The notes: generated from the sequence alone by a model not told the origin. A stretch of 64,000 nucleotides of DNA from Candidatus Micrarchaeota archaeon (GCA_028867135.1 JAGWGW010000001.1:53598-117597); one strand, 5' to 3'; positions 1-9,030 are shown, counted from the first letter of the stretch. Translations and numbers: made by a program.

Positions 1-163
1 AATTAAATATTCAAACAGATATATAAATATTTGCTTTCTTCCAAGAAAAAGTTGAAACTTACATGATTCCGTTGAGGCATGTATCGAATTATATATGGTT
101 GCTTCTTTCTGCTGATTCGGTTTTTAAGGATTGCCTGTCATTATCCTTTAGCACTGGGGTTTT

Positions 164-1888
164 ATGTCTACAGACGTCATGCTTAGGTTCTCAGAGAACG
201 ATCCTGGAACGAGGATAGACAGCTTCGATGACAGCGAGTCGGAGACGCTAAGAAGGTTCGTGACCAACATAGACAGCACCGTATTCGCTTGGATACCTGC
301 AAGCGAGCTAAGTCCAGAGCAGACTGGGGCGCTGCTCTCAAGGTACAGCAGAACCTCATTGACTGGGAGAAGGCTGTTCCTCAAAGAGTTCCTGCCTAAC
401 AAGAACAGAGGAAGGGAGTTCTTCGAGGCGTGGCTGGTCGATTATGGCGATGATTCAATACAGGAGATGGTGGGCGGCATACCCCTCGCCTGCGAGTACG
501 TCTCACAGGTAGCTGTCAAGGAGATAGAGGATTCGAGGATGGGCTCCTACATAGAGAAGTCAACAAGATATGTGGCGTTCGACAAGAAGATGCAGAACGG
601 CGAGTACATGTTCTACAAGGACCCGAACATACTCAAATCGAGGTTCGGCGACGAATACCTTGCGCTGATGAATGACCTGTTCGATTCGTATTCAAAGAAC
701 ATAGAGCCTATGGCAAAATACCTAAGGGACATGAATCCTCTGGATTCGCAGGGCTTCAGGATAGGCGACAAGGTGGTAAGGATATCTGAGCTTGACAAGG
801 GGACAGAGGAGAAATATGGGATAAGCGAGGAGGATCTGAGGAAATCGTACGACAACGCCACGAAGGCCAATGCTCTTGACTTCGTGAGGGATTATCTTCC
901 CATGTCTACGCTCACCCATGTCGGGATAAGCGCAAATGCCAGAACCTATGAATCGATGACGATAAAGATGATGACATCTCCGCTCGCAGAAGCGAGGTTT
1001 ATCGGAAATCTCATACACGAGCAGCTTGAGAAGGTAGTGCCATCATTGGTCAAGAGGGCCGGAGACAAGCACGGGCTGGACTTCCAGAAGTTCCTCAGGG
1101 AAAAGAGCAACGAAACAGCATTCAATGTTGAGCAGATAGTTGACAAGACGTTCCTGCAGCAGAATGGAGAGCAGGTAAGCTTTGTTGACTACACTGGCAT
1201 GAACAGCAGGGACCCGAATGAGGCTGCGGAGATAAGCGTAATATCCGCAATACTCTACAAGAACATTGAAGGATGCTCGATGAAGCAGGCAAGGGACATT
1301 GCAAGGGCAATGAGCAAGGGCGAGCGCGAGAAGATAATATCCGCGTACGTTGGAAAGAGGACCAACAGGAGGCACAAGCCGGGGAGGGCGTTCGAGAACG
1401 TCGACTACCTGTTCGACTTTATGGGCAGGATAGGGATATACAGGGACATACAGAGGCACAGGATAGGCACGCAGGAGAGGCAGAACTTCACGGTGAAGCT
1501 AGGATACAACACAAGAAAGGAGTACGAGGATGTTGGAATCGCTGATGATTACAAGAGCAAGATGGCAAGGGTCATAGACCTGTTCAACAACATACACCAG
1601 GCAATGCCATACCAGGCGCAGTACGCTGTCACGTTCGGCTTCAACATAAGATGGTACTACAGGCTCAACGCAAGGCAGCTTTTCCATGTATGCGAACTCA
1701 GGAGCACTCCTGGAGGTCATCCGGACTACAGGAAGGTCGTCAAGGAAGCGTATCTTAAGGTTAAAGACGTCCATCCGTCAATCGCAAAGTACATGAGCTT
1801 CATGGACCTGAACGATACGATGCTTGGAAGGCTTAATTCCGAGATAAGGATAGCCCAGAAGAAGAAGGAGCTGGGATCGAAGAAATAA
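164..1888 (+). CDS. ThyX-family (FAD-dependent thymidylate synthase-like) protein, long two-lobed form
   Basis: 574-aa ORF with ATG at 164. The C-terminal half has ThyX-type signatures (YRDIQRHRIGTQERQ; NARQLFHVCELRSTPGGHPDYRKV). The N-terminal half has a degenerate second copy (ALLSRYSRTS). It lies next to glyA. The call is from motif memory only. Confidence 0.6.
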   Translation: MSTDVMLRFSENDPGTRIDSFDDSESETLRRFVTNIDSTVFAWIPASELSPEQTGALLSRYSRTSLTGRRLFLKEFLPNKNRGREFFEAWLVDYGDDSIQEMVGGIPLACEYVSQVAVKEIEDSRMGSYIEKSTRYVAFDKKMQNGEYMFYKDPNILKSRFGDEYLALMNDLFDSYSKNIEPMAKYLRDMNPLDSQGFRIGDKVVRISELDKGTEEKYGISEEDLRKSYDNATKANALDFVRDYLPMSTLTHVGISANARTYESMTIKMMTSPLAEARFIGNLIHEQLEKVVPSLVKRAGDKHGLDFQKFLREKSNETAFNVEQIVDKTFLQQNGEQVSFVDYTGMNSRDPNEAAEISVISAILYKNIEGCSMKQARDIARAMSKGEREKIISAYVGKRTNRRHKPGRAFENVDYLFDFMGRIGIYRDIQRHRIGTQERQNFTVKLGYNTRKEYEDVGIADDYKSKMARVIDLFNNIHQAMPYQAQYAVTFGFNIRWYYRLNARQLFHVCELRSTPGGHPDYRKVVKEAYLKVKDVHPSIAKYMSFMDLNDTMLGRLNSEIRIAQKKKELGSKK

Positions 1889-1894
1889 GCATAT

Positions 1895-3238
1895 TTAGGA
1901 TCCGAGATCCGGATACAGCGGAAACTTTGCGCATAATTCGATTACTTCTTTCTTAAGTGCCTGAAGCTTTGGATTCTTTCCTGCCTCATCCCTGAACTTT
2001 GCAAGATATGCGGATCTTTCCTCCTTGTTTTCAGGCATCGAATAGTATTTTATCTCGTTGCATGCTTCCGCAATTATCCTTCCTATCTGGTTCATCTCCT
2101 GCTCCCTCATGCCCCTTGTCGTGAGTGCTGGCGTGCCAAGTCTCACTCCGCTGGGATAGAACGGCGATGCGGGCTCCTTTGGAATCGTGTTCTTGTTTAC
2201 GGTTATGCCTGCCACTTCCAGGGCATATTCCGCAAACGCGCCCTTGCCTTTGCCTAAAGGAGTAAGGTCTATCAGCACCATGTGGTTTACGGTCCCATCA
2301 GTGACCAGCTTCATGCCATTTGCCATCAGCGAGCTCGCGAGCGCCTTCGCGTTCCTCACTATCTGCTGCCCGTATTCCCTGAAATCTGGCGTTGAAGCCT
2401 CAAGCAGCGCTGTTGCTATGCCAGCTATGACATTTTCATGTGGGCCACCCTGCATGCCCGGGAATATCGTCTTGTTTATCTTCTCGCCTAGTTCTGGATC
2501 CTTCCTCATGCCTTTCTCGGTCACCATTATCAGCGCTCCTCTGGGCCCTCTCATGGTCTTGTGCGTGGTTGTCATTATCACATGAGCATAATCCTTCGGG
2601 CTTTCGTGGGCTCCAGCAACAACAAGGCCTGCTATGTGGGAGATGTCTGCAGCAAGATATGCGCCTACACTGTCCGCTATCTCAGCAAACTCCTTGAACG
2701 GGAATTCCCTTGTATAAGCTGTGCACCCCACCCATATCAGCTTTGGCTTGTTCTCCTGTGCGAGCTTCCTTGCCTCTTCTATGTCTATGTAGCCATCTGC
2801 CTTGACATGGTATGGCACTGACTTGAATATCTGACCTGTCACGCTAGTCTTCCATCCATGGGTCAGATGCCCCCCATCAGTAAGGTTCATGCCCATTATG
2901 ACATCTCCGGGCTTGCATGTTGCAAGATAGACGGCGAGGTTTGCCGGAGAGCCCGAGTATGCCTGGACGTTCGCATGAGGAACCTTGAAGAGTTCCTTTG
3001 CCCTGTCTATCGCAGTCTGCTCGACAACGTCTATGAAATGGTTGCCTCCGTAATACCTGTGCGAAGGATAGCCCTCCGAATACTTGTTGGTGAGAACGGA
3101 ACCCATGGCCTCCATGACCGCAAGGCTCGTGAAGTTCTCAGAGGGAATCATCTCCAACCCCTCCCTCTGCCTCTGGAGCTCGTTCTTCAATGCCTCGTAA
3201 ATCTTAGGATCCCTTGCCTGCAGCTTAGAATCGGCCAT
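1895..3238 (-). CDS. glyA: serine hydroxymethyltransferase
   Basis: Strong SHMT signature (LEMIPSENFTSLAVMEAMGSVLTNKYSEGYP, THKTMRGPRG). I prefer the ATG at 3238 (MADSKLQ...). The ORF-track start at 3298 is a TTG that would overlap the neighbouring gene. Confidence 0.92.
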   Translation of the reverse strand: MADSKLQARDPKIYEALKNELQRQREGLEMIPSENFTSLAVMEAMGSVLTNKYSEGYPSHRYYGGNHFIDVVEQTAIDRAKELFKVPHANVQAYSGSPANLAVYLATCKPGDVIMGMNLTDGGHLTHGWKTSVTGQIFKSVPYHVKADGYIDIEEARKLAQENKPKLIWVGCTAYTREFPFKEFAEIADSVGAYLAADISHIAGLVVAGAHESPKDYAHVIMTTTHKTMRGPRGALIMVTEKGMRKDPELGEKINKTIFPGMQGGPHENVIAGIATALLEASTPDFREYGQQIVRNAKALASSLMANGMKLVTDGTVNHMVLIDLTPLGKGKGAFAEYALEVAGITVNKNTIPKEPASPFYPSGVRLGTPALTTRGMREQEMNQIGRIIAEACNEIKYYSMPENKEERSAYLAKFRDEAGKNPKLQALKKEVIELCAKFPLYPDLGS

Positions 3239-3281
3239 TGCATCCCCATTCCATATTTCCAGCAAAGAATAATAAACTGCT

Positions 3282-3701
3282 TTATCGTCCGTTGGCAAGG
3301 AAGTCGTCTATGTGCTTGAAGGCTTCTTGAACGCCCTTGTATTCCTTCACCAGCAGCCATTTGTTTCCCGACACCATCGCCGATAATCTCCTTTCTTTGC
3401 CTGGCCTGAACAGGCAGAGTATTGGTTTCTTGAACGTTTCAGCAATTCCGAGTTCATATCCGACACCGATTGATGGGGTAGTCACCTCCGCAACTACTAC
3501 ATCAGATTCCCTGAGCCAGTTTGTATCAGTATCGTATATCATCTGGTCTGAAACGTCTTTCTCCTTCAGCCCAAGCATGGGACCCATGGCTACATGCTCG
3601 GTAAGGACGTCTCCGTGCTTCTTGAGATGATTGACTATTTTTGCGTACATCTCCTGGTCCTGCCTTCCTCCCCTTATGGATCCGCAGAAGTATATCTTCA
3701 T
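3282..3701 (-). CDS. 2'-deoxynucleoside 5'-phosphate N-hydrolase (DNPH1/Rcl-like, nucleoside 2-deoxyribosyltransferase superfamily)
   Basis: MKIYFCGSIRGGRQD ... VLTEHV ... DVVVAEVTTPSIGVGYELG ... KPILCLFRP ... LSAMV closely parallels DNPH1 motifs. The start is set to the ATG at 3701 because the longer ORF overlaps the tRNA at 3716-3815. Confidence 0.85.
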   Translation of the reverse strand: MKIYFCGSIRGGRQDQEMYAKIVNHLKKHGDVLTEHVAMGPMLGLKEKDVSDQMIYDTDTNWLRESDVVVAEVTTPSIGVGYELGIAETFKKPILCLFRPGKERRLSAMVSGNKWLLVKEYKGVQEAFKHIDDFLANGR

Positions 3702-3715
3702 GGAATCACGCTTGA

Positions 3716-3815
3716 TGGACTCTGCGGGAATTTCATAAACTTCCAAAAAAAGTTTATTTTGAACCCGCAACCTCCTGCATGCCATGCAGGCGCGCTACCG
3801 TTGCGCTAAGAGCCC
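3716..3815 (-). tRNA. tRNA-Ala (anticodon GGC) with a 28-nt insertion in the T-loop
   Basis: Hand-folded cloverleaf on the minus strand. Acceptor GGGCTCT/AGAGTCC includes the G3:U70 Ala identity pair. D arm is GCGC-AACGGTA-GCGC. Anticodon arm is CCTGC-ATGGCAT-GCAGG. T stem is GCGGG...CCCGC, but 35 nt lie between the stem halves instead of 7. Discriminator is A, and no CCA is encoded. Confidence 0.75.
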
Positions 3816-3869
3816 ATAAGCGTAGCTAATATGATAACAAATCTTATTTAACGTTTGGTTGGCATTTAG

Positions 3870-4769
3870 ATGTTAGATTCTATGAAGACGAAGTCAGAAC
3901 TTAAGTCGCAGTCTGCGATGGAATACCTGATGACGTATGGATGGGCGATTCTCGCGATTGCAATAGTCATGGTCTCGCTCTATTCGCTCGGCATATTCAA
4001 TGTTGCAAACCTGAAGCCGGCTGCGAACCCAGGTTCTTGCGAAGTTGTTAGGACAACTGCCCAAACATCTCTTGCTGGACAGTGCAGCAACCTTATTCCG
4101 AAATATGTTGGGCAGTTCAATGGGGCAAGTAGCATAAATGCAGGAACTGGGGCAAATATGAATTTCGGTTGGACTAATCCATTCACAATCACGGCATGGA
4201 TAGAAACTAGCCAAGCAGCAGGTTCGTATTATGTCATTGTTGGAAAGGCATCGGGAGGCCAAGGATATCTTCTTTCTGTAAATAGCGGCGAAGCTACAGT
4301 ATATTTGGTTGGTGCCTGGGCTTCTAACCGGATTCAAATCGCTTGCAGCAGTAGCGTAAATGACGGCAAATGGCATTATATAGCAACCACTTACAACGGA
4401 AACAAGAGCGCAACTGGAACATATGTATATATGGATAATACGCAGTGCCACGCGGTTGTAGCAGACGCCCTAACCTCTAATTTTGCAACAAACAACAATG
4501 TCCAAATGGGATATATGGCAGGATGGGGAGGGTATCAAGGTTCAACTGCAGATATCCAGATTTATAATACCTCCTTGGACAATACCTCGCTAAAGGCCCT
4601 TTATCAAGAGGGCATAGGGGGCGCACCTATAGATGTAGGCCATCTAGTAGCATGGTGGCCGCTGAACGGCAACGCGAACGACTATTCAGGAAACAACAAC
4701 CAAGGAACATCGACGAATATAGTGTGGAATGCAAACTGGCAGAATAACTACACCCAACCAGGCTCATGA
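3870..4769 (+). CDS. type IV pilin-like (class III signal peptide) LamG/concanavalin-like domain protein, paralog 1
   Basis: Short basic leader (MLDSMKTKSELKS or MKTKSELKS), then QSAMEYLMTYGWAILAIAIVMVSLYSLGIF (Q+1, E+5, hydrophobic helix). Conserved Cys pair CEVVRTTAQTSLAGQC. LamG-like core (QFNG..S ... FTITAW ... DGKWHYIATTYNG ... VYMDN ... ADIQIYNTSL). Three paralogs are present in the window. Confidence 0.8.
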   Translation: MLDSMKTKSELKSQSAMEYLMTYGWAILAIAIVMVSLYSLGIFNVANLKPAANPGSCEVVRTTAQTSLAGQCSNLIPKYVGQFNGASSINAGTGANMNFGWTNPFTITAWIETSQAAGSYYVIVGKASGGQGYLLSVNSGEATVYLVGAWASNRIQIACSSSVNDGKWHYIATTYNGNKSATGTYVYMDNTQCHAVVADALTSNFATNNNVQMGYMAGWGGYQGSTADIQIYNTSLDNTSLKALYQEGIGGAPIDVGHLVAWWPLNGNANDYSGNNNQGTSTNIVWNANWQNNYTQPGS

Positions 4770-4777
4770 TGAAGGAG

Positions 4778-5242
4778 TTATCTTTTCTTAGAGTTCTTCT
4801 TGAATAGGGTCACTGCCTTCCTGAACTCCTCTGGAGAGTCGAAGTTCTGGTAGATGCTCACGAACCTTATGTATGCAACAGGATCAAGCTTGAATAGCTC
4901 CTTCACCACCATGTCACCTATGCTCCTGCTGTCTATTTCCTTAATTCCCTTGCTTCTTATCTTCATCTCTATCTTGTCTGCCATCTTGTCCATCGTCTCC
5001 CTGCTTATGGCTCGCTTCTCGCATGCTTTCATTATTCCGTTGAGTATCTTGCTCTTGTCGAAAGGCTCCCTTGCGCCGTTCCTCTTTATGATGGTGATCT
5101 CCGCGAAATCCGCTTTCTCATAGGTCGTGAATCTCTTCTTGCAGGATTCGCAGGCCCTTCTCCTTCTTATGCTGTCTCCGCTCGGGCTCTCCCTGGAATC
5201 GACAACCTCTGTGTTGTAATATCCGCAATAAGGGCACTTCAT
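4778..5242 (-). CDS. nrdR: transcriptional repressor NrdR (Zn-ribbon + ATP-cone)
   Basis: MKCPYCGYYNTEVVDSRESPSGDSIRRRRACESCKKRFTTYE is the NrdR zinc ribbon, followed by an ATP-cone-length C-terminus. Confidence 0.88.
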   Translation of the reverse strand: MKCPYCGYYNTEVVDSRESPSGDSIRRRRACESCKKRFTTYEKADFAEITIIKRNGAREPFDKSKILNGIMKACEKRAISRETMDKMADKIEMKIRSKGIKEIDSRSIGDMVVKELFKLDPVAYIRFVSIYQNFDSPEEFRKAVTLFKKNSKKR

Positions 5243-5246
5243 TGTC

Positions 5247-6152
5247 TCACTTGGTTATTATCTCGCACGAGTCCTTTCCTACCACTACCTCCTTCTCTGC
5301 CTGCGCTACCATTCCTTTCGACCTTTCTATGAGCACCGGGAACGCTTCAAGGGCTTCCATGTTGAGCATCTCTGCAATTCCCCTCCTTATGCCGAATTCC
5401 GACGTGTCCTTCATCTCGTTCCTCAGCCATCTCAGTGCGAATGGGAACGTCTTGTAGTTGTTGCTTATGTGCTCCATTACCTTCCTTGTTTCAGCTGCTC
5501 TTGCGGCGATGTCCTTCGTCTTCTGGAATATCTCAAGGAACTCTCCGTCTTCAACAAATCCCTCTCCTGTAGTCATGAATGGCTCTATTGCTATAACCTC
5601 TCCCTCATTTAATACGCTTTCGTCCCCATTGTCATAATTGGGTACGAAGACGCTGGCGTGCAGTTCTTCTCTCTCTACTCCATGCCCGCCGAGGTTCTTT
5701 ATTGGATTGAATCCGTACTCCTTAGCGATTTTCTCTATCGCAGCCCCTATCGAATTTACCTTTACTCCGTCCTTTACCATGCTTATCGCCGTTTCGAGCG
5801 CCTTTTCGCTCGCCTCTACCAGCTTTCCGTTGTTTCCCGATAGGTCTATCGTTATAGCACAGTCGGTCAGGTAATCGCCCTTCCTTGCGCCTATGTCAAC
5901 CTTCACGATGTCTTTCGGCCCGAATACGGTCTTGTCGTCATATGAAGGAGTGTAGTGCGCTGCCTGCTCGTTCACCGATATGTTCACAGGAAATGACATC
6001 AGGCATCCCCCGTCTTTTATCAGCTTCTCTATCCCCTCGGCCACATCAAGCAGCTTCGCCCCTTCCTTTACTATCTTCCTTGCATGAACGAGGGCCTCTG
6101 AGGATATCTTGCCTGCTTCTCTCAACTTGTCGTAGTCGTAATCATCTTCCAT
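5247..6152 (-). CDS. map: type 2 (archaeal/eukaryotic) methionine aminopeptidase
   Basis: 301 aa. It has the pita-bread-fold pattern (AAHYTP, DIVKVDIGA, GHGVE, IEPF) and the C-terminal helical insert typical of MAP2. Confidence 0.87.
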   Translation of the reverse strand: MEDDYDYDKLREAGKISSEALVHARKIVKEGAKLLDVAEGIEKLIKDGGCLMSFPVNISVNEQAAHYTPSYDDKTVFGPKDIVKVDIGARKGDYLTDCAITIDLSGNNGKLVEASEKALETAISMVKDGVKVNSIGAAIEKIAKEYGFNPIKNLGGHGVEREELHASVFVPNYDNGDESVLNEGEVIAIEPFMTTGEGFVEDGEFLEIFQKTKDIAARAAETRKVMEHISNNYKTFPFALRWLRNEMKDTSEFGIRRGIAEMLNMEALEAFPVLIERSKGMVAQAEKEVVVGKDSCEIITK

Positions 6153-6153
6153 G

Positions 6154-8562
6154 TCAAAGCCTCTTCTGAGATCCTCCCCACTTGAGTTCCTCCTCGCTGA
6201 ATCCGAGTTCCTTGAGTATCTTGAGCGTTGCGGGTATTACCTGGTTGTTTATGTAATATGCAGGATCGTAGTCTGTTGCAATCTCCGCGAGCTCGGCCTT
6301 CTCCGATATTGTATTCCCGTGCCTTGTTATTATGTACCCTATCGTTGCGCCCTCAAGCTCGTCCCTTGTCTTTATCTTCTTCTCTATAGCCTTCTTTGCC
6401 GCTGCAAGCTCAGGAGATTTTGCATCATAGTTGTCGATCTTCTTCCTGAGCTGCGTGTAGATGATCAGATCCTTCAATGGCACCTTGCCTTCGTTCAGCT
6501 TTGCTATGACGTCCTTCACTATGGACACCGCCTTTGACTTACTGCCCTCTTTGAGGATTGCTTCGAGGACCTTCTTCTGCGTGTCCCTTGAAACATAGGA
6601 CCAGTCCCTCCTTACAAGCTCGAACCCCTTTATCTTTATCCTGCCGGACTCCGAAAGTAGCGCGTATTTCTTCTTCGCAGCTCCGAGGTCGGCGTTCTTC
6701 TTTCCCACGAAGACGCCCCTTACATACGAGTCCTCGAGCTCGAGCTCCATTGTGTCAGGAAGGGATTTGTTTATCTTGTCGAGGAACTTCTTCGCGTCCT
6801 CCTTTGTCTTTTCCTGCATCAGCAGGAAGATGCTATCCGTGTCGCCGTAAAGCACCTTGAAACCAGACTTCTCGGCTTCCTCCATCGTATTCTTGATGTA
6901 GTTCCTGCCAAAGGCAGTTACGCTCTCTGCGCATTCCCTTGAATACCATCTCGACCTTGCGTAGCCGAGATAACCATAGAAGGAATTCGCAAGTATCTTG
7001 AGCGCGTTGGACCTTGCACCAAGATTCTTGTTGTCCGGATCCTTCTTGTACGCTGCCTTTACCTTGGTCCTGTCAGATATCAGTATCCTGAGCACCTTGG
7101 GGACTATGCCTTCGGGCTTCTTCACGAACTTGGCCCCTGTCGGAGATTCGTGGTTCTCTCCGGCACTCTTTGAAAGCGTGTTTGGGTCTATGTTGTATGC
7201 TATGATTATGGAAGGATACAGCCCCCTGAAATCGAATACCGCTATGTTGTCGTATATCCCTGCTTCGGGAGTCTTGACATACGCGCCTTCTATAGGATTC
7301 GTTGTCCTTGAGAATATCTCAGCCTCGCTTGGTTTGTTCGGTATCATCTCCTTGTTCGCATTGGCATACCTCATGAGCAGGTATTCGACAAGCTGGCCGG
7401 TTGTTGACACTGATGCTTCTCCCAGAGATGTGCCGCTGACCTTCGCTACCTCGACCTCCAAGGGGGCAAAGAAGTTGTACAGCTCGTTCAATGTCTTTGA
7501 ATCGCTAAGCGAGTAATCGGTCAGTTCCTCAAGATCCTTTCCGCCATTGTCCCAGAGCTGCCAGATGTTCTTCTTGTCCACTGTTATCTTCGTTGAGTTG
7601 GTGACCGCTGCATAAACCTCCCCTAATGTAAAGTTGTTTATCTTGAGGAGCTTGTCCGAAGCCCCTACAATGGACACGAACTTGGCAACATTGTATATGT
7701 CCATGTTCACTCGTCCTGGTATCTTGACTGCTTCGAGAAGCCCGTGATGCTCCCTCTTGACCTCCTCGCCGTATCTAGTTATGTCGAATTTGATCCTATT
7801 GTAAGCTGACCTTTCCATAAGGTACGGTATGTCGAAGTTTGATGAGTTGTATCCCGCTATAACATCAGGATCTATCTCCTTTATCACAGATACAAAGCCC
7901 TCTATCAGCTCCTTCTCGTTCTTGAAGACTGTGACAAATTCCCTGTCTACCTTCTTTGTCGTTAGTACGCCGCTCCTGCTGTTGGTGGCGTAGCTTATCA
8001 TTATAACTGGGTCTTCCTTTGGCCTTGGCTGCGTCATTGGGTTGTATGTTTCTATGTCGAAACAGAGCTGCGTGATCTCTGTGCTGTCGTGAGACGGTTG
8101 TATCTCGTCCACAACCATGATCTGACCGTCTTCATGAGCCTTTATCCTTACGCCCTGGAGCGGGATCACGCTCTTGTCTATCAGGTACCTTTTCCAGAAC
8201 AGGATGTCGTATTCGTACCTTTCGCCGAATTCCTGGAGTTTTTCGCTTATTATGGGGATATCGCTAGGGTTTGTAGCCTCTATCTTCAGCGACTGCGCCT
8301 TCTTGCCCTTTACTACGGTGGCCTCCTTTGTCACGGAGCGTATGGTTATCCTTTTGTCATTCTTCTGGAATTCCATCTTCGATAACGAGTCTGTGTCTAT
8401 GGATTCGTTGTGTGGTATGAGCCTGAAATAAGGGTAAAAACTGGGGTCGTATATGGTCTGGATCCCTTTGCCGTTCTTGAGCGTAATCCTTATGATGCTC
8501 CTGTCCTGAAGGGATGCGTAATCCACGTCTATTATTATGCCTTCTAACTCGTGCTGCTCCAT
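6154..8562 (-). CDS. polB: family B DNA polymerase
   Basis: Exo I FDIETYN, Pol motif A DFRGLYPSII, KILANSFYGYLGY and Pol motif C YGDTDS. No intein-sized insertion. Confidence 0.95.
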   Translation of the reverse strand: MEQHELEGIIIDVDYASLQDRSIIRITLKNGKGIQTIYDPSFYPYFRLIPHNESIDTDSLSKMEFQKNDKRITIRSVTKEATVVKGKKAQSLKIEATNPSDIPIISEKLQEFGERYEYDILFWKRYLIDKSVIPLQGVRIKAHEDGQIMVVDEIQPSHDSTEITQLCFDIETYNPMTQPRPKEDPVIMISYATNSRSGVLTTKKVDREFVTVFKNEKELIEGFVSVIKEIDPDVIAGYNSSNFDIPYLMERSAYNRIKFDITRYGEEVKREHHGLLEAVKIPGRVNMDIYNVAKFVSIVGASDKLLKINNFTLGEVYAAVTNSTKITVDKKNIWQLWDNGGKDLEELTDYSLSDSKTLNELYNFFAPLEVEVAKVSGTSLGEASVSTTGQLVEYLLMRYANANKEMIPNKPSEAEIFSRTTNPIEGAYVKTPEAGIYDNIAVFDFRGLYPSIIIAYNIDPNTLSKSAGENHESPTGAKFVKKPEGIVPKVLRILISDRTKVKAAYKKDPDNKNLGARSNALKILANSFYGYLGYARSRWYSRECAESVTAFGRNYIKNTMEEAEKSGFKVLYGDTDSIFLLMQEKTKEDAKKFLDKINKSLPDTMELELEDSYVRGVFVGKKNADLGAAKKKYALLSESGRIKIKGFELVRRDWSYVSRDTQKKVLEAILKEGSKSKAVSIVKDVIAKLNEGKVPLKDLIIYTQLRKKIDNYDAKSPELAAAKKAIEKKIKTRDELEGATIGYIITRHGNTISEKAELAEIATDYDPAYYINNQVIPATLKILKELGFSEEELKWGGSQKRL

Positions 8563-8604
8563 AACCCTTCAGATCCTTACTCTGTTGCAGAATAAATAGT
8601 AGCT

Positions 8605-9030
8605 TCAGCCCGCTCCGGTTCCGCTGCCCGCAGGCGCCTCTGTCAGCTTTGCCCTGGACAATGGAAGAGGTGCTACGAACCCTATTGAATAGGCAACAAG
8701 CGTGCCCCTTGCACCGCATTCGAAGTTAAGCATGTTTATGACGTCTTCGGCGAATTTCAGCGGCAGCGTCTTCTTGCTCTTCCAAGTGCTCTCTATGTCC
8801 TCAGCATCCTTCCTCGATTCCTTTGCGCTTATCGTGCCGCTTATCGTTAGCTTGCCTACAGCCTTTGCCTTGTCTGATCCCTCGTATGCGGTTACGAAAG
8901 TGAAGCCCACGTCAACGTTCTCCTTGTCGACCTTGACGCTCTCGAAGTTAATGTTGAACTTCATGTTTGAGATCATTTCCTTGAGATCCCTTGTTGCTTC
9001 TATCTTGTTTACGTCTATGTTTGTTATCAT
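8605..9030 (-). CDS. hypothetical protein
   Basis: 141-aa ORF with coding-like composition, immediately downstream of polB. There is only a vague resemblance to SecB-like beta-sheet chaperones, and no motif I can name. Confidence 0.55.
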   Translation of the reverse strand: MITNIDVNKIEATRDLKEMISNMKFNINFESVKVDKENVDVGFTFVTAYEGSDKAKAVGKLTISGTISAKESRKDAEDIESTWKSKKTLPLKFAEDVINMLNFECGARGTLVAYSIGFVAPLPLSRAKLTEAPAGSGTGAG

